A DNA stretch of 64,000 nucleotides from Octopus vulgaris. Lineage: Eukaryota. Shown piece by piece: positions 24,850 through 38,215 of this stretch. Position numbers and translations under genes: made by a program. The notes beneath the pieces were generated by a model that was given only the letters and a program-made list of their open reading frames with translations, searched no databases and was not told the origin of the DNA. Within the stretch, counting starts at the first letter, position 1, and the number at the start of each line of letters is the position of its first letter. The stretch covers positions 17,856,001-17,920,000 of the forward strand of contig OX597837.1 in the NCBI GenBank assembly GCA_951406725.2. Reading direction: 5' to 3'.

Positions 24850-25550
24850 GATAAACCACCACCAAGTCACTCTCTGTCTGGCAGAGACTTTATCCAAGCC
24901 ACAGGTTTGGTCTGCAACTTTCAGAAGGTTGTCTCATAGGAACTTCCAGTTGTTCTCTGTTATATGTCACAACCTGTGACTGTTTGATGGACCTTTGAGC
25001 TTCCATAACTTTCCTTTCCAAACTGGTTTGCATCTCTGCATCCATCTAACCCTAAGTCTAAAGTTGTTAACCATTAACTTATGTTGATTTGTACATTCCT
25101 CACTGGGAAAAGACTTTCATTTATAAACATGTCTATCCCTGTCTTTGGTGAGGATGTATTCAATCTAGCTTGAGTTCCTGCCAAACTGATGGTTGGCTGG
25201 TTTCTTGAAGTTAGTTTGCAGACCAGCAAATCATTTGCATCACAGAACTCCAGGAGTTCTGTTCTATCCTCATTTCTATGCCAAAGCTAAAACCTCCATG
25301 CACATCATAGAATCCATTAGCATGTTGCCCAACATGACCACTGAAGTCGCCAGGTACAGTAATAAGGTCATTGTCCTTTATTGTTGAGGTAATCTGCAGA
25401 AGGGGCTTAAAGAATCAGTCCTTCTGTTCATCTGCTAGTCCAGCATGTGGAGCATATGCAGAGGTAAATGTCACTGTTACATTATATAAGACTATTCTTA
25501 ACTTGCTAATCCTATCACATACCCTGACTACCTCAATCATCTTATCTATG
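24850..25550 (-). mobile_element. RTE-clade LINE AP-endonuclease fragment, heavily decayed
   Basis: Minus strand CDRISKLRIVL..SAYAPHAGLADEQKD..VPGDFSGHVG. Confidence 0.7.
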
Positions 25551-28500
25551 TAATTGTATACGTGTATGTGTAGATAAGCATAGGTACCTAAAATGTAAAA
25601 CTGTATGTATGGTTATGTGGACATATATGTAAACCCTTTGAAGTGCATATTCTTTTACGCACTATACATTTGTACATGTATTCATGTGCATGCCCAACTT
25701 TAATAAGGATGGAGGTTGGGAGGACAGGAGAGAGATAAGGGGAAATAATTTTAGCAGCTGCCCATTAGTTTTTGCTTAAATAGGACCTCATTCACATGAG
25801 TTCATCTCTTGGCAAATTTAAGAACTTATTTGCCCAAACAGGGAATTTAAGTATATTCATTACTACCACTACTGCGGCAACAAATAATAACATTCATTGT
25901 CATGGCATGTGCGATAGGCTACAGTGAAGTGATGTGGATGTTAAAATAAAAATTATTGAAATACTAATTCACAAATGTTCTAGCAATGAAAATTTGAAAA
26001 TAATAAAGCAGTGTTAATATAGGTAAAGTGAACCATTGGTTTTTTCCATTTGTGGGTTATGGGATCAGAAGGAAGGTGAGAGTGATTGAGTAATTATATT
26101 TTATTGACAAGAAAAAAGAGAACAAAAAAGAGAGAAATTTTCGTAGAGTAAAGTGCAGTGCTTTATCTGAGACAGATTTTTAGCTCGTGTCTTGGTCAGC
26201 TACAAGAAGCGATTTTAGCAGCTGTTCATTAGTCTTTACTTAAATAGGACTCCATAAACATGGGCTCATCTACAGGCGAATTTAAGACTCTATGTACACA
26301 AATGGAAATTTAAGTATATTTATGACTGGCATCTGAAAGAGGCTACAGTGCAATGACTTGGACATTAAAATAGAAGCTGATTAAGTGATGTTGTGTTAGT
26401 TTTGAGGGCATCAGTTGGGAGTGGATGAAATATAATTTAGTAGAACTACCAATCCTCTAGGTGCCAGACATGGTATTGGACTACATTTTGGATTAGTGGT
26501 TTTGGTTTGTAGACTCTAAGAGGACTATATTGCATTTGGTTGAAGCATTTACCATTAGCTCATAAAAGCTGTGCTAACCTGTCTGTAAGTACTATAAGAT
26601 TGTGTAATTCACTAATGTAAACAGCAGCAACTTTGGGTTTGGTGGCTTGTATGCCATCTTCTGTAGACTAGTGTCTTTTCCTGGGGGAAATTTCACTTTC
26701 ATTTAACATTGCAGGTAGCAATAAGCCCCTAACCTATGGACCAGAAGGCATTAGTTGTGGGTTTTTTTTACTTGTATGAAACAGATAGTAGTTATAGATC
26801 AGTGATACATATCTCTTGACACTGCTTCTCTTTCTTCACAAAATTTGTATGGCTCCATCTAACATTTAATGTACAATGAACTGCAGACTATGCTGAAAGT
26901 CAAAATGCCGACAACACAAAATGCCAATGAGGCAAAATGCTAACAGTCAGTTTTATTTAGTAATAATAATAACAATAATAATAAACATTCATCTTAAGAC
27001 TGAAGCACTTTATTAAATACAAGGTTGCCGATGAGTGTATTTAGTAAAAATATCAAAATTAACTTTAAAAAAAAAACTAAAGCAGTACATATTAAAAAGA
27101 AAGTTGCTAAAAATAATTTGTTTTAAAATTGATGCAATTTATTAAAATAAAAGTATAAATTTGTGAGAGACTGACATTCATATATAAAAGAAATTATTTC
27201 AATTATTTTATTATTATAGAGGTGAGTGATGGATTGGCAGAGTTGTGAGAATTTACATCTTGTATGTTGTGAGTTCAAATCCTGCTGAAGTCAGCTTTAC
27301 CTCTCACCTTTCTGTGGTCTGTAAAATAAAGTACCAGTCAAATATTGGAGTCAGTATCATTGACTAACTCTCCTCTCCACCCATCAAATTGCTGGCCTTG
27401 TGCTCATGTTAGAAATTATCATGGTGGCAATGGCAGTGGTAGCATTAAAATGCCAGACACAATGCCTTGTGGTATTTAGCTACAACCCCTTATGTTCTGA
27501 ATTCAAATACCACCAAAGAATACCTTCCAAAGAATAAAACACCAATTGAGTACTGAGGGTTAATTTAATCAAATTACTCCTGCTCTAAATTTTTGGCTTT
27601 GTATGAATATTAGTAACATTAATATTATTATCGTAGGCGAGTCCACATAGATGAGGGACTACTGGCATATTTAATTTCATCCCTTGGTACTCTTATTTCA
27701 AGTCTGTGCTAGGTCAGATTTACCTGTTCTCCATTTAGGATAGAGTTGATCTAATGCTTTGTAGTTCTTCATTTAAATCTACAACATGGGCAGGCTTGCA
27801 CATCAGAAAAGGGATTATTGATGCTGTTGTTTGGACATTTGAATATATAGATATGTCTGATTCTTGAAAATAGATTGTGTGGTTCCTGCTACTGTTTCTA
27901 TTGTTGATGCTGATCAGAGATTTGGTTATTGTTGTTCAACTGACTCAGTTCTTTGAGACTCAATTATAGAATAAACAATACCATCAAACATTCTAAAGTT
28001 TAATTTTCATTCTAGGAAACATTTTTAATGTAATTAATTAACCATTTATTTGTTTGTTTTGCTCTGATTTGTTACAAATCACTTCCAGTCAAATGATCAT
28101 TCTGGATTATGGCATCTCTCTTTCCACCCCATCACATTGCATCCTTCTCTCTTTCCCACACCTCACCCATTTATCTTCTTTTTGTTTCATGATGAGTTTT
28201 AATTATAATTATTTGAATAAATCTGCCTTAGATTTCTGACCTAATCAGCTCTTAGATTGCTGGGTGGCTTTTATTTAGATTGTGTGTATTAGTGTTCGTG
28301 TGGATGTGTGTTTATGGTGTAAGTATTGGTGTGTGTGTTTGTACATATGCATGCATGTGAATGTGTGTGTGTGTGCATGTGCTTTAGAAAAGATTAGAGA
28401 AGACATTGAGTGACTAGAGACAATTGCTGAATCGTTTGTTCTAATTAATTGTGATATCCAAAAATAAATATTTAAATAAAGATAAACAAAATCAGGCTTT

Positions 28501-28687
28501 GCTTCTAGTGTATCACACAATTCTGAAATTGGTGTGTGTACATGGAGGATTATGGAAGAGGTATTTGTATGAGTGTATTAGTATTTGTGTTTTTGGAGGA
28601 GGGATGTCTGTATAGGTAGGGATATTAATATATGCTCTGCAGTGGTCAATTACATTCATATATTTAAAAGCACACTGGCACACATGT

Positions 28688-28748
<61 letters not shown>

Positions 28749-28766
28749 CATGTGTATACACACACA

Positions 28767-29989
28767 TACATGGTGCATCAATTTTTGTTGAAGTTATTTG
28801 TATGAACTTGAGAAAGGATACAGCTCATTAAATAAAAGCTGTATTTGAAAACAAATTGCTGCAAATAATCTTAAGAATTCTTTTATCACACCTATTCAAT
28901 GAATACCCTGTTAGTATCAATGGCAGCTTCAATTTGGATTTGGAAGTCTTGACATGCTTGAATCAAATGATCTTTATCGATTTTGGACATAGTACTGGTT
29001 ATGACAGGCTTGAGAGATAGTATGGTGTTGATTAACCTCTCTCTCAGCTATGCTCCATATGTAATAGTTCAGAGGATTAAGGCCTGGTGAGCTAGGAGGG
29101 CATTTGTCTGGGAGAACATGACCATGGAGATTGGCATGCATCCATGCTTGGGTTCTCTTATCTTAATGAGACAGCTTGGAGTCTTGTGGAAGATGTAATG
29201 TCTTCTATTGCATATTTTGTCAACCCAGAACCTCACAACTTTCTCCACCTTTGTGTAAACGGCAGCATTGACTTTGAAGACCTATGAAAAAAAGTGAGGA
29301 GGCATAACATCTCCCTCATTGCTGATGACTCCCACCAGAGTTGCTAGGAACTTAGAATGCATGTCTATTGGAACCTCATTCAGGTTTCTGCAAAACCATC
29401 TGTCATTTCTTTGGGTTTACCTTTTGGTCCTGATCAAAGTTTTTTCTCTTTGGAGAAAAATCAAAGCATTCTAGCCACTTGCTGTTTTAACTTGTTTAGC
29501 AAGCACTCTGCATGGCTTGAACAAATATCTGTCATCGCATCCAACATAAACTGACTCTTCCTCATCACATACAACTTGTACCAGAATTCCGCATATGTAG
29601 CTCTTCTGATGGTGCATTCTGAAACCTTGAGGTCCTTTCCAATGACACTGATTGACTTTTGGGGTTTTTATCAATTACTTCTTGAACTATTTTTGTACAA
29701 AGTCAATTGTTCTGTGGAATTTTGAATTTAGCTGTTGATGCTGGATCCTTATCAGTTGCTTCCAGCTCCTTTCAAATTTTGACATCAAAAGATTGGGCAG
29801 CTTCCAGGAAGCAAGCTACCTTTGTATCACTATGCTGCACATTTAAGGCAACAATTACAGCATGCCTTTTCATTTACTTAGTCAGTATGAGGTCTGACAT
29901 TATTCATCTTGAAAGTAAGGTATAAATATAAGTTAGAAGAAAATTAGAACTCTTGAAAGAGGTGTACTCAAAAACTGATGCACCCTGTT
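28767..29989 (-). mobile_element. Tc1/mariner superfamily element, probably DD37D (maT)-type, full length, decayed
   Basis: TIRs taca(t/g)ggtgcatca(a/g)tttttg at both ends; minus strand FSKEKNFDQDQKVNPRNDRW and PPSSPGLNPLNYYIWS. Confidence 0.8.
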
Positions 29990-30145
29990 TATATATAAGC
30001 CTAGTTAGAGATGAATTTATAAAGATGTGTATTCGTGTGTCCAAGTATTTGGTGCATGCACATGGAAAACTAATGTTAAATGGTTATGATATATGTGTAT
30101 GTATATGTGACTGGTTAGAGATGAAGTTATAAACAAAAAAATGTA

Positions 30146-30180
<35 letters not shown>

Positions 30181-30194
30181 AGAGCGAGAGAGAT

Positions 30195-30350
30195 GCAGAT
30201 GTGGTTATGTGGTATGTAGTTTGCTTCCCAACCACATGGTTCCAAGTTCAATCACACAGTGTGTGAACATTGGGCAAGTGTCTTATACTATAGCCCTGGG
30301 CTATTCAAAGTCTTGTGAGTGGATTTGGTGGATGGAACTGAAAGAAACCT
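30195..30350 (+). mobile_element. OR2-like SINE, 5' half
   Basis: ttgcttcccaaccacatggttcc..gggcaagtgtctt..gtgagtggatttggt. Confidence 0.8.
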
Positions 30351-30384
30351 GTTGTGTGTGTGTGTATGTATATATATATATATA

Positions 30385-31426
30385 TCATCATCGTTTAACG
30401 TCCGTTCTCCATGCTAGCATGGGTTGGACAGTTCGACCGGGGATCTGGGAAGCCAGAAGGCTGCACCAGGCTCCAGTCTTGTCTGGCAATGTTTCTACAG
30501 CTGGATGCCCTTCCTAACACCAACCACTCCATGAGTGTAGTGGGTGCTTTTTACGTGCCACCCGCACAGGTGCCAGGTGAGGCTGGCAACGGCCACGGTC
30601 GGATTGGTGCATTTTACGTGCCACTGGCACAGAAGCCAGTCGAGGCGGTACTGGCATCGGCCACAATTCGGATAGTGCTTTTTACGTACCACCAGTTCAG
30701 GGATCCTGGCATCTGCCGGGTGCCAGTCATAGGATTGGTTCGATTTCGATTTCGATTTCACTTGCCCCAACAGGTCTTTGCAAGCAAAGTGGGTTGGCAT
30801 GGGTGCCTGTCGTGTCCAAGGGAAGAAAGGCATGCATAAGTGGGCTGGGCTCACTTGTCCTGCCTGGTCTTCTCACGTACAGCATATTTCCAAAGGTCTC
30901 GGTTGCTGGTCATTTCCTCAATGAGGCCTAAAGTTCGAAGGTCGTGCTTTACCACCTCGTCCCAGGTTTTCCTGGGTCTACCTCTTCCACGGGTTCCCTA
31001 AACTGCTAGGTATGGGCACTTTTTCACACACCTATCTTCATCCATTCTCACCACATGACCATACCAGCACAATCGTCTTTCTTGCACACCACAACTGATG
31101 CTTCTTAGGTACAACATTTCTCTCAAGGTACTAATGCTCTGTTGAGTATGTACACTGACATTACACATCCATCGGAGCATACTGGCTTCACTCCTCACGA
31201 GCTTACGCATGTCCTCAGCAGTCACGGCCCATGTTTCACTGCCATGTAGCATGGCTGTTCGTACACATGCATCATACAGTCTGCCTTTTACTCTGAGCGA
31301 GAGGCCTTTAGTCGCCAGCAGAGGTAAGAGCTCCCTAAACTTTGCCCAGGCTATTCTTATTCTAGCAGTTACACTTTCAACGCACCCACCCCCACTACAG
31401 ACTTGGTCACCTAGATAACGGAAGCT
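30385..31426 (-). mobile_element. RTE-clade LINE 3' portion, 5'-truncated
   Basis: FRYLGD..ARIRIAWAKFREL..KGRLYDACVRTAMLHGSETW..RRLCWYGHVVRM; 3' UTR with aaaagcac repeats and (gat)n tail. Confidence 0.9.
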
Positions 31427-31839
31427 AATTATTATTATTTCATTTAGGCATAGTGTTATTAATAACCTGGTGTTAGAACTCAATATGCATATGCTTCAAA
31501 ACAAAGCATCAGTCAATTACAGAACAGTCATAAGAAATTAAATAAACGACAGGGGAATCAGAAATTATGTCATTGACTTATTTAGTTAACAGCTGTTTCT
31601 GCTATAAGATGCAATTCACTCATAGCTGAGTGCACTTCATTTTTGAAGCTCCATTGAAGCTATAGAGTCATGCACAAGCACTCAACTATGAATGTATTGC
31701 ATCTTACAGCAGATGCTAATGAAGTTCATGACAATTTCTTATTCTTTTGTCATTTATTTAATTTCTCTCTCTCTCTCTCTCAGTCTTTCTCTCCACCATC
31801 TCTCTCTCTAACCATGTACCTCCTCTATGGTAGTGATAA

Positions 31840-32467
31840 GACACCTGTTTCTGCCTCTCTGTCACACTTTAATCTTGCATCATCTGACACAAAATAACCT
31901 CCTCTCGTGCCCCCTCCCATCTCAAAATTTCTTGTCTTGCAAGGTACTTGGTGACCTTGCTGGTGCTGCTACCATGTAAAAAGCATCCAGTCCACATTAT
32001 GAAGTAGTTGGCATTTGGAAGGGTATCCATATGTAAAAACCATGCCAAAACTAACCTCACCTGTACTTGTATCACATTAAAAGCACTCCGTCCACTCTGT
32101 GGGGGTGTTTGGTGTTAGGAAGGGCATCCAGCTGTAAAAACCCTGCCAAAATGGACACAGTAGCTAGGGGTAGTCTTCTTCCTGGTCAGCTCCTGTCAAA
32201 CTGTCCAACCCATGCCAGCATAGAAGGCAGGCGTTAAATGATGATGATGATGTATGTATATACAGGTGTATTATCATCTTACCCTGACATCACCATAATG
32301 CAATCAGTATCCTTTGTTTTCAATATTCTGTGAAGATAGTACCTGGACATGGGGAAATATAACCTTCCTTGAAACAGGTGATGGTTGGCAAAGAAAATCT
32401 GCCTCAACAAATTCCATGTAACCCATGCAAGCTTAGAAAAGTGGACATTAAAACAATGATGATGATG
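31840..32467 (+). mobile_element. RTE 3'-UTR/tail fragments (two adjacent)
   Basis: gtccaacccatgccagca..(gat)n tails ending near 32252 and 32467. Confidence 0.7.
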
Positions 32468-33455
32468 TGTGTGTGTCTAAATACGTATATCTGTTATGTG
32501 TATGCATATACTTAAAGAGGTATATACAATGCGAATAATGTACATATAAATATACATGTTGGTATAACAGTTTCTGTGTGTGTGTGTGTGTGTGCATAAA
32601 ATATATTCAAACCTACACGCATAGCAATTTCATTTCAAGAATATTTTGAGAAAAACAGTATAAACAACTTGATTCATTTCACATACATACAAATCCCTTT
32701 TTCTCTTTATGCTTTTAATGAGGTTTTCAAAGTTACAGAATTTAATTAGATTAGCCACAATAAAGTAATTATGTATATTACTAATTTAATATTTTTTACT
32801 TTGCAAGTTATTAAGACGTTTATATAAAACTTTCAAAATTCACCTCACATACTCTTAACATGAATATAATTGATGTTTAACAACAAAGAAACAGAAAATT
32901 CAATTTGAAATTTAATTTTGTATTTCCAAATATAGATGTTTATATTTGTTTGCAATTGTTGGAAAATTGTATTTTTCAAACTACATTGAGAAAGTGATAT
33001 TATTTTCATATATTTTTATTGAAGCTTGTGTGTCAAGATGCAAGTGTGTGTGCACACATATTGTTCGAGAAGTACCACTCCATTAAAAAAATAATAGGAA
33101 TTTACGAAGTAAAGCATGAACATACATGCATATGTATATACTTATATACATAAAATACATGCATGAAAGTATGTACACACACATGTATATCAATATATAT
33201 GTGTATGTTATATATGTTTTCATATATATCTGTGTGTAAGCATATGTATATCTATGTGTAAGTATATGTGTGTATGTATATATATGTATGTATACATGTG
33301 TGTGTTTGTGTGTATATATATATATATCATGCATGTGTTTGTGTGTGTGTATATATATATATATAATCAGTGGATCATATATCTGAAAAAGAAGCACACT
33401 GTAAAAGTTAGAGCAGTAATGCATTTCCATGAAATTAAATATATGTCCAGTCATA

Positions 33456-33515
33456 GAGTGATGATTGGTTTCATATCCATAAAATGCTTAGCTTTATAGA
33501 TGACTCATCAGACTC
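33456..33515 (-). ncRNA. Hammerhead ribozyme motif (type I, decayed) at PLE 3' end
   Basis: gagt-CTGATGA-gtcatctataaa..tttatggatat-GAAA-ccaatca-TC-actc: canonical core, stems I and II pair, stem III damaged. Confidence 0.6.
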
Positions 33516-35790
33516 CAATGGCCACGGGCATATAAACTCTCTTCAAACTGGAGGTAGAAAACCATTACAGTCAGTTAATTTGTAAACAAAAGAATAATAT
33601 ACACAGTCTAAGTGTATATTAAATGGGATGGGTTATCACAGTTAGACTGGTCTGGTCAGCAAATCTTATGGATTTATAAAGCAAATGGGGAATCTCCACC
33701 CTTCGGTTGGTTCCGGTCCACAAACACTTTTTACAGTCTTAATCTATGAATGGGTAATCCCATACCTGCAGCAGGTAGCATTTGAAATGGGGGTAGGGTA
33801 GGGTTATAGATTTCATGTCTTGAGTTTAAGAGAAACTCTGGGTCCAGCGAGTCTTTAAGGATCCTTGCCTGCTCTGCTATGCAAAGTTTGCATCATCTGC
33901 TCCTGTTTATATAGGACCCCTGTTGCTCTATGATCCTCCATTTAATTTCATATGGAGTTTCTTCATCATTAAGGTACCACACATGGTTGGCCAGGGATGT
34001 GGTGTAATGTCTTTCCGGAACCCTAAGAAGACCTGTGGTTGTACAGGTGCCACTTGAAGGCGGTTCTGGAGCCAACCTAGTTTTTCTCCAAACTTGAGTG
34101 CTGGTTGAGTGCCTCTGGTATATCTTCCATTGGCTCTGGACCTGAAGATTTTGTTGTTGCCACTGCTGTTGTTGGAGCAGTCATTGGCGCTGTTATTACA
34201 GGGCGTGGGTCCACCGATACCATTGTTGTTGTTGCCATTGCAGTAGTCACCAACAACAATAGTGTTGGTGTTGCTGATGGTGTTCTGGGTATAAGACTGG
34301 TAGCTCCGCTAGTAGTGCTGGTGTTGGCATGATAGTCATCTCCAGCTGTAACACTTGTGCTGTGGTCATTGTTGGTGCTGCCTCCACTATTACCATTGTC
34401 GTCGTCACTGTTGTTAGATGAGCCACTGCTATTTATTACTCTGCTGGATATACACACACGTGTATATAAATATATATGCATATGTCATGTATGTTTTCAT
34501 ATATGACTCCCTCAGCCTCACTTTGCCTCCCCCTCCCCCACTGGGCTGTTATTGTACTCCCTGCATGAGCAACTGGCCTCTGCTCACATTTTATGGGTGT
34601 TTGCCAATATTCTTTTGTATGTTGGGAAGGGAGCTAAAGGAGACCTTTAGGTTGTGTCTATTGAGCAGATGTCCATGCATGTGTGTCTGTGTGAAATGCT
34701 TGTCTACTAACTAGAAGAATATTCTTCTCACACACAAGTCTTGACGTTGAGTGAGAAGGGTGGGGCAAACCAAATGACATTTAGGCAGTGCTTCCTTTTG
34801 CAGGTGCTAGGGCACAACATATAGATGTGGTCTTTAAACCCACTGGATGCCAGGGCCTCATTGTAATAGGGAGCTGTGATATTGAAATTTTTTTGATTCA
34901 AGATCAGATTTGATATCCTCTTGCTGACACCCTTCACTAGGTTCCTGAACAGGTAGGTGGCAGGAGGCTGTGTTGATGTACAACAGCCTCCCAAGTCTAG
35001 TGTGATGTCTAGGAGGTTTATGATGGTGAGGTTTATCTCATTTGTAATTTTGAGTCTCATGGAGCCTAGGGTGCTAATCAGGTCCTTTCTGAGTTTATCA
35101 AGGGTGTGCCCATTGGCTTTTCTAGAGGCGACCAGAACAACATCTCTGTAGAGGCAAAAAGAGGACAGAAGATAACTTCTTCTATAAAATGTCAGGGATG
35201 TATTGTCCAATGAAGTCACAAATGTTAGCGCTGTCATAGGCTCCCATTGCCACATTGAAGGAACCCTTGGAGTCGGATTGTTTGACCCAGGTTGAACCTT
35301 TATTAAACAGCACCATTTTCCTGGCATGCATGATGATGTCTATGTCTCTATCATTAATGTCAGTGAAGCCCCTTGCAAAGGAAAATGCCTTGATCAGTAA
35401 CCCTTTTAATATAGACAGGTAAAAGTTGCCTATGTTGAATTGGGTGAACCTACTCTACCACTCCCCTGATTGGCATTAAACCATGAAATCACCTTGTTGG
35501 TGCTGTACCATAAGGAGAGGTTGGAGGCTCTCCTTATGTTGTCATTGATCTTGCTTAGTATATATTTTCTCATCAGACTAATCTTGGATTTGGCTGAGTT
35601 GATCAGTCGACATTTTGGGTTAGAGGCAAAGTTCAGTTTATTGTCTTTAATTGTGATGAAGCCATTCCTCTTGGCTAATATATTTCTACCCTGTTGGCTA
35701 TACCAAGGCTGTTGGCGAATTATTTGGCTTCACTGTTAATGTTGTATGTGTACAGGGATTTAAATGGCACTGGATTTACTTCAGAAATTC
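33456..35790 (-). mobile_element. Penelope-like element (RT, GIY-YIG, 3' region), decayed
   Basis: LYRDVVL, HTLDKLRKDL, APYYNEALASSGF, WFAPPFSLNVKT, GVIYE, *VGSRTAFKWHLYNH, TSLANHVWYL..IKWRII. Confidence 0.85.
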
Positions 35791-36384
35791 TTTTTGTGTA
35801 CATGGAGCTTATAAAATACGAGACAGAAAATGGAATTCACAATATTCTTTACTGATCATTACGATCATTTCAACCCACTGTACGTCAGTGGCTCACGAGT
35901 GAGATGCTATACAAACAATTGTGGTGCATCATCGGTGAAGATGTGTCTCATCGGGTACCTTGTTTTTTATTCTACGTTTTACTTATTTTGATCAGAAAAC
36001 ATTTTGCTTGTTGTCTGTAGTTACTTGCATACACAAAAAATTTGAGTATAATTTTAACTTGTTTCAGAAATCTTCAAATCACAAGATAATGTGATTAATT
36101 CAAAACAATGTGAATAAATATGCATTATATTTGCCAGAATTAGCTGAGTGCTAAAGGGTCAAGTGTTCCAAGTGATTTGTTTTGTTTAACTAAACATCTG
36201 TGTGTCTGTTTGTGTATAGTTCATGTCTACTCAGATATCAACAACAAACAATAGTAATAGTTTAATTTCTTTACTCTATTCAGACTCTGAAATACTGAAA
36301 TGTATAACTTGTATATTATACTTAAATTTATATTTTTGTATCTTTTTTATTTCATTTTCCTTATTATTTTTTTTTCTTTTGCAG

Positions 36385-36432
36385 GTTTTGGATATTTTAA
36401 CAAATAGCTGTGATTATCTCCCTTTAGGGAAA
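36385..36432 (+). CDS. Candidate host-gene micro-exon (48 nt, phase 0-0): VLDILTNSCDYLPLGK
   Basis: Long polypyrimidine tract + gcag| acceptor, AAA|gtgagc donor; only one of three frames open; unique sequence. Confidence 0.6.
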
Positions 36433-36761
36433 GTGAGCTAATCTTTTGGAAAGTACTGCAAGCAATTTTGGAGCATTTTCATTTTTTTTTTTTTTTTTAC
36501 TTATTCTACTTCCTTATAAATTTTTCATCAAAAAAGGTAATAGTACTATTTCAGTAAATATTTTTGTTATAACTGAACTTTTGAATTATTTTTCTATTGT
36601 TTCTGATCATTTATTAAATGTTATCTATGGAAACCAACTTCTTTCTGAAAATCTGTATGACTGTTTCTCTCTGTCTTTCTCCCCCCTCTCTGCTCTAATC
36701 TTTATTGGCTGGTGAGATTCCTACAGATGGTTTTGTCATTGTGTACAGTTTATTTTCACAG

Positions 36762-36841
36762 CAAATCAGCCTAGTAAAATCCATCTCTTTTATTCTGTTT
36801 GCTTATTGTTGGCCACTGTTACAAATTCAGTTGTGCAAGGA
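36762..36841 (+). CDS. Possible exon (80 nt)
   Basis: tattttcacag| acceptor and |gtaagt donor; two frames open. Confidence 0.3.
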
Positions 36842-37186
36842 GTAAGTGAAGAAGGAAATGACTCAAGCAGGAGGGGAACCTGTACCTAACTCAGCTTGTT
36901 GGGATCTTGTATTGACTTCTTCACACACACACACACACACACACATGCGAGCACACACGCATGCACGCACACATACTCTCTCTCTCTCTCTCTCTCTCTT
37001 TCTCCCCCTCTCTCAAAACTCCCAAATCAAGCCTACTTAATATTCACTCCACCATATCTCTCTACTTCCATCTCAGAATCTACGCTGAAATGAAAATTTT
37101 AATCCATTTTCTTACCCAGAATTCATTTTTTAGTGTAATGTATACTTCTATCACTTAGATGGATTTTTTAACCAATAACTCAACTA

Positions 37187-37247
<61 letters not shown>

Positions 37248-37817
37248 CACATAACCTCAAGTGTGAACTATTGGATATTGTAAAGTAGTTCTAGTAATTA
37301 TGGACCTACATTATGAGTTTCCTGCATGGAAGCTCAATCTGTTAAAAATAACTGTTGAATCTACTCCATATCAACTGCACTGTGCTCAAAAGATAAAAGC
37401 ATTTGGAATATTATAGTCATTGATACACAATATTTGAAATAAAAATGGTTGAAATGCCTTTAATATATGTGTGCTTGGTCAAATGTGACTAGGGGCTGAA
37501 CAACAGCTGAAGTGTGTAAGAAATTAAAATTGATGTTTTATGTGAAATGGAGGCTGCTCTTATTGTAGTCATCATCATTTAACATCTACTTTTCCATGCC
37601 TGCATGGGTCAGAAAGAAGTTGTTGAGGCAGATTTTCTATGGCTTGATGCTCTTCCTGTTGGCATGTATTTCCTGGAAATACAGCGTTTCCCATGGCCAG
37701 ACTTGTTTTTCACAGAAGACCAGAAATGAACAACATTATCTGTATGTGACACTTATTTACAACCTTTACATGACATCAAGACAAGGCTACACACAAACGC
37801 ACATACATATATTTTCT

Positions 37818-38215
37818 CTTTTACTTGTTTCAGTCATTGGACTGCATCTATGCTAGCACACTGTCTTGAAGTGTTTTAGTTAAACAAATCAACCCCTGTA
37901 CTTATTCTATTAGTTTCTTTCACTAAACCACTTAGTTATGAGGGTGTAAACAAACCAACACCAGTTGTCAAGCAATGGTGGAGGACAAGCACTTATGCAG
38001 ACACATGCATAGATATACTTATGTGTGTATGTGTACACACACATACACACACACATGATAAGCTTCTTTCAGTTTCTGTCTACCAAATCTATTCAAAATG
38101 TCTTGGTTGGCCTGAGGCTGTTATAGAAGACATTTGTCCAAGGTGTTATACAGTGGGATTGAACCCAAGACTTCATGGCTGGAAAACTAGCTTCTTAACC
38201 ACACAGCCACACCTA
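37818..38215 (-). mobile_element. OR2-like SINE, older copy
   Basis: Collinear with 3770-4191. Confidence 0.8.

Noticed and set aside
27630-27990. Possible very old RLE-LINE remnant on the minus strand
   Set aside because: Only a vague resemblance; no motif could be read with confidence.
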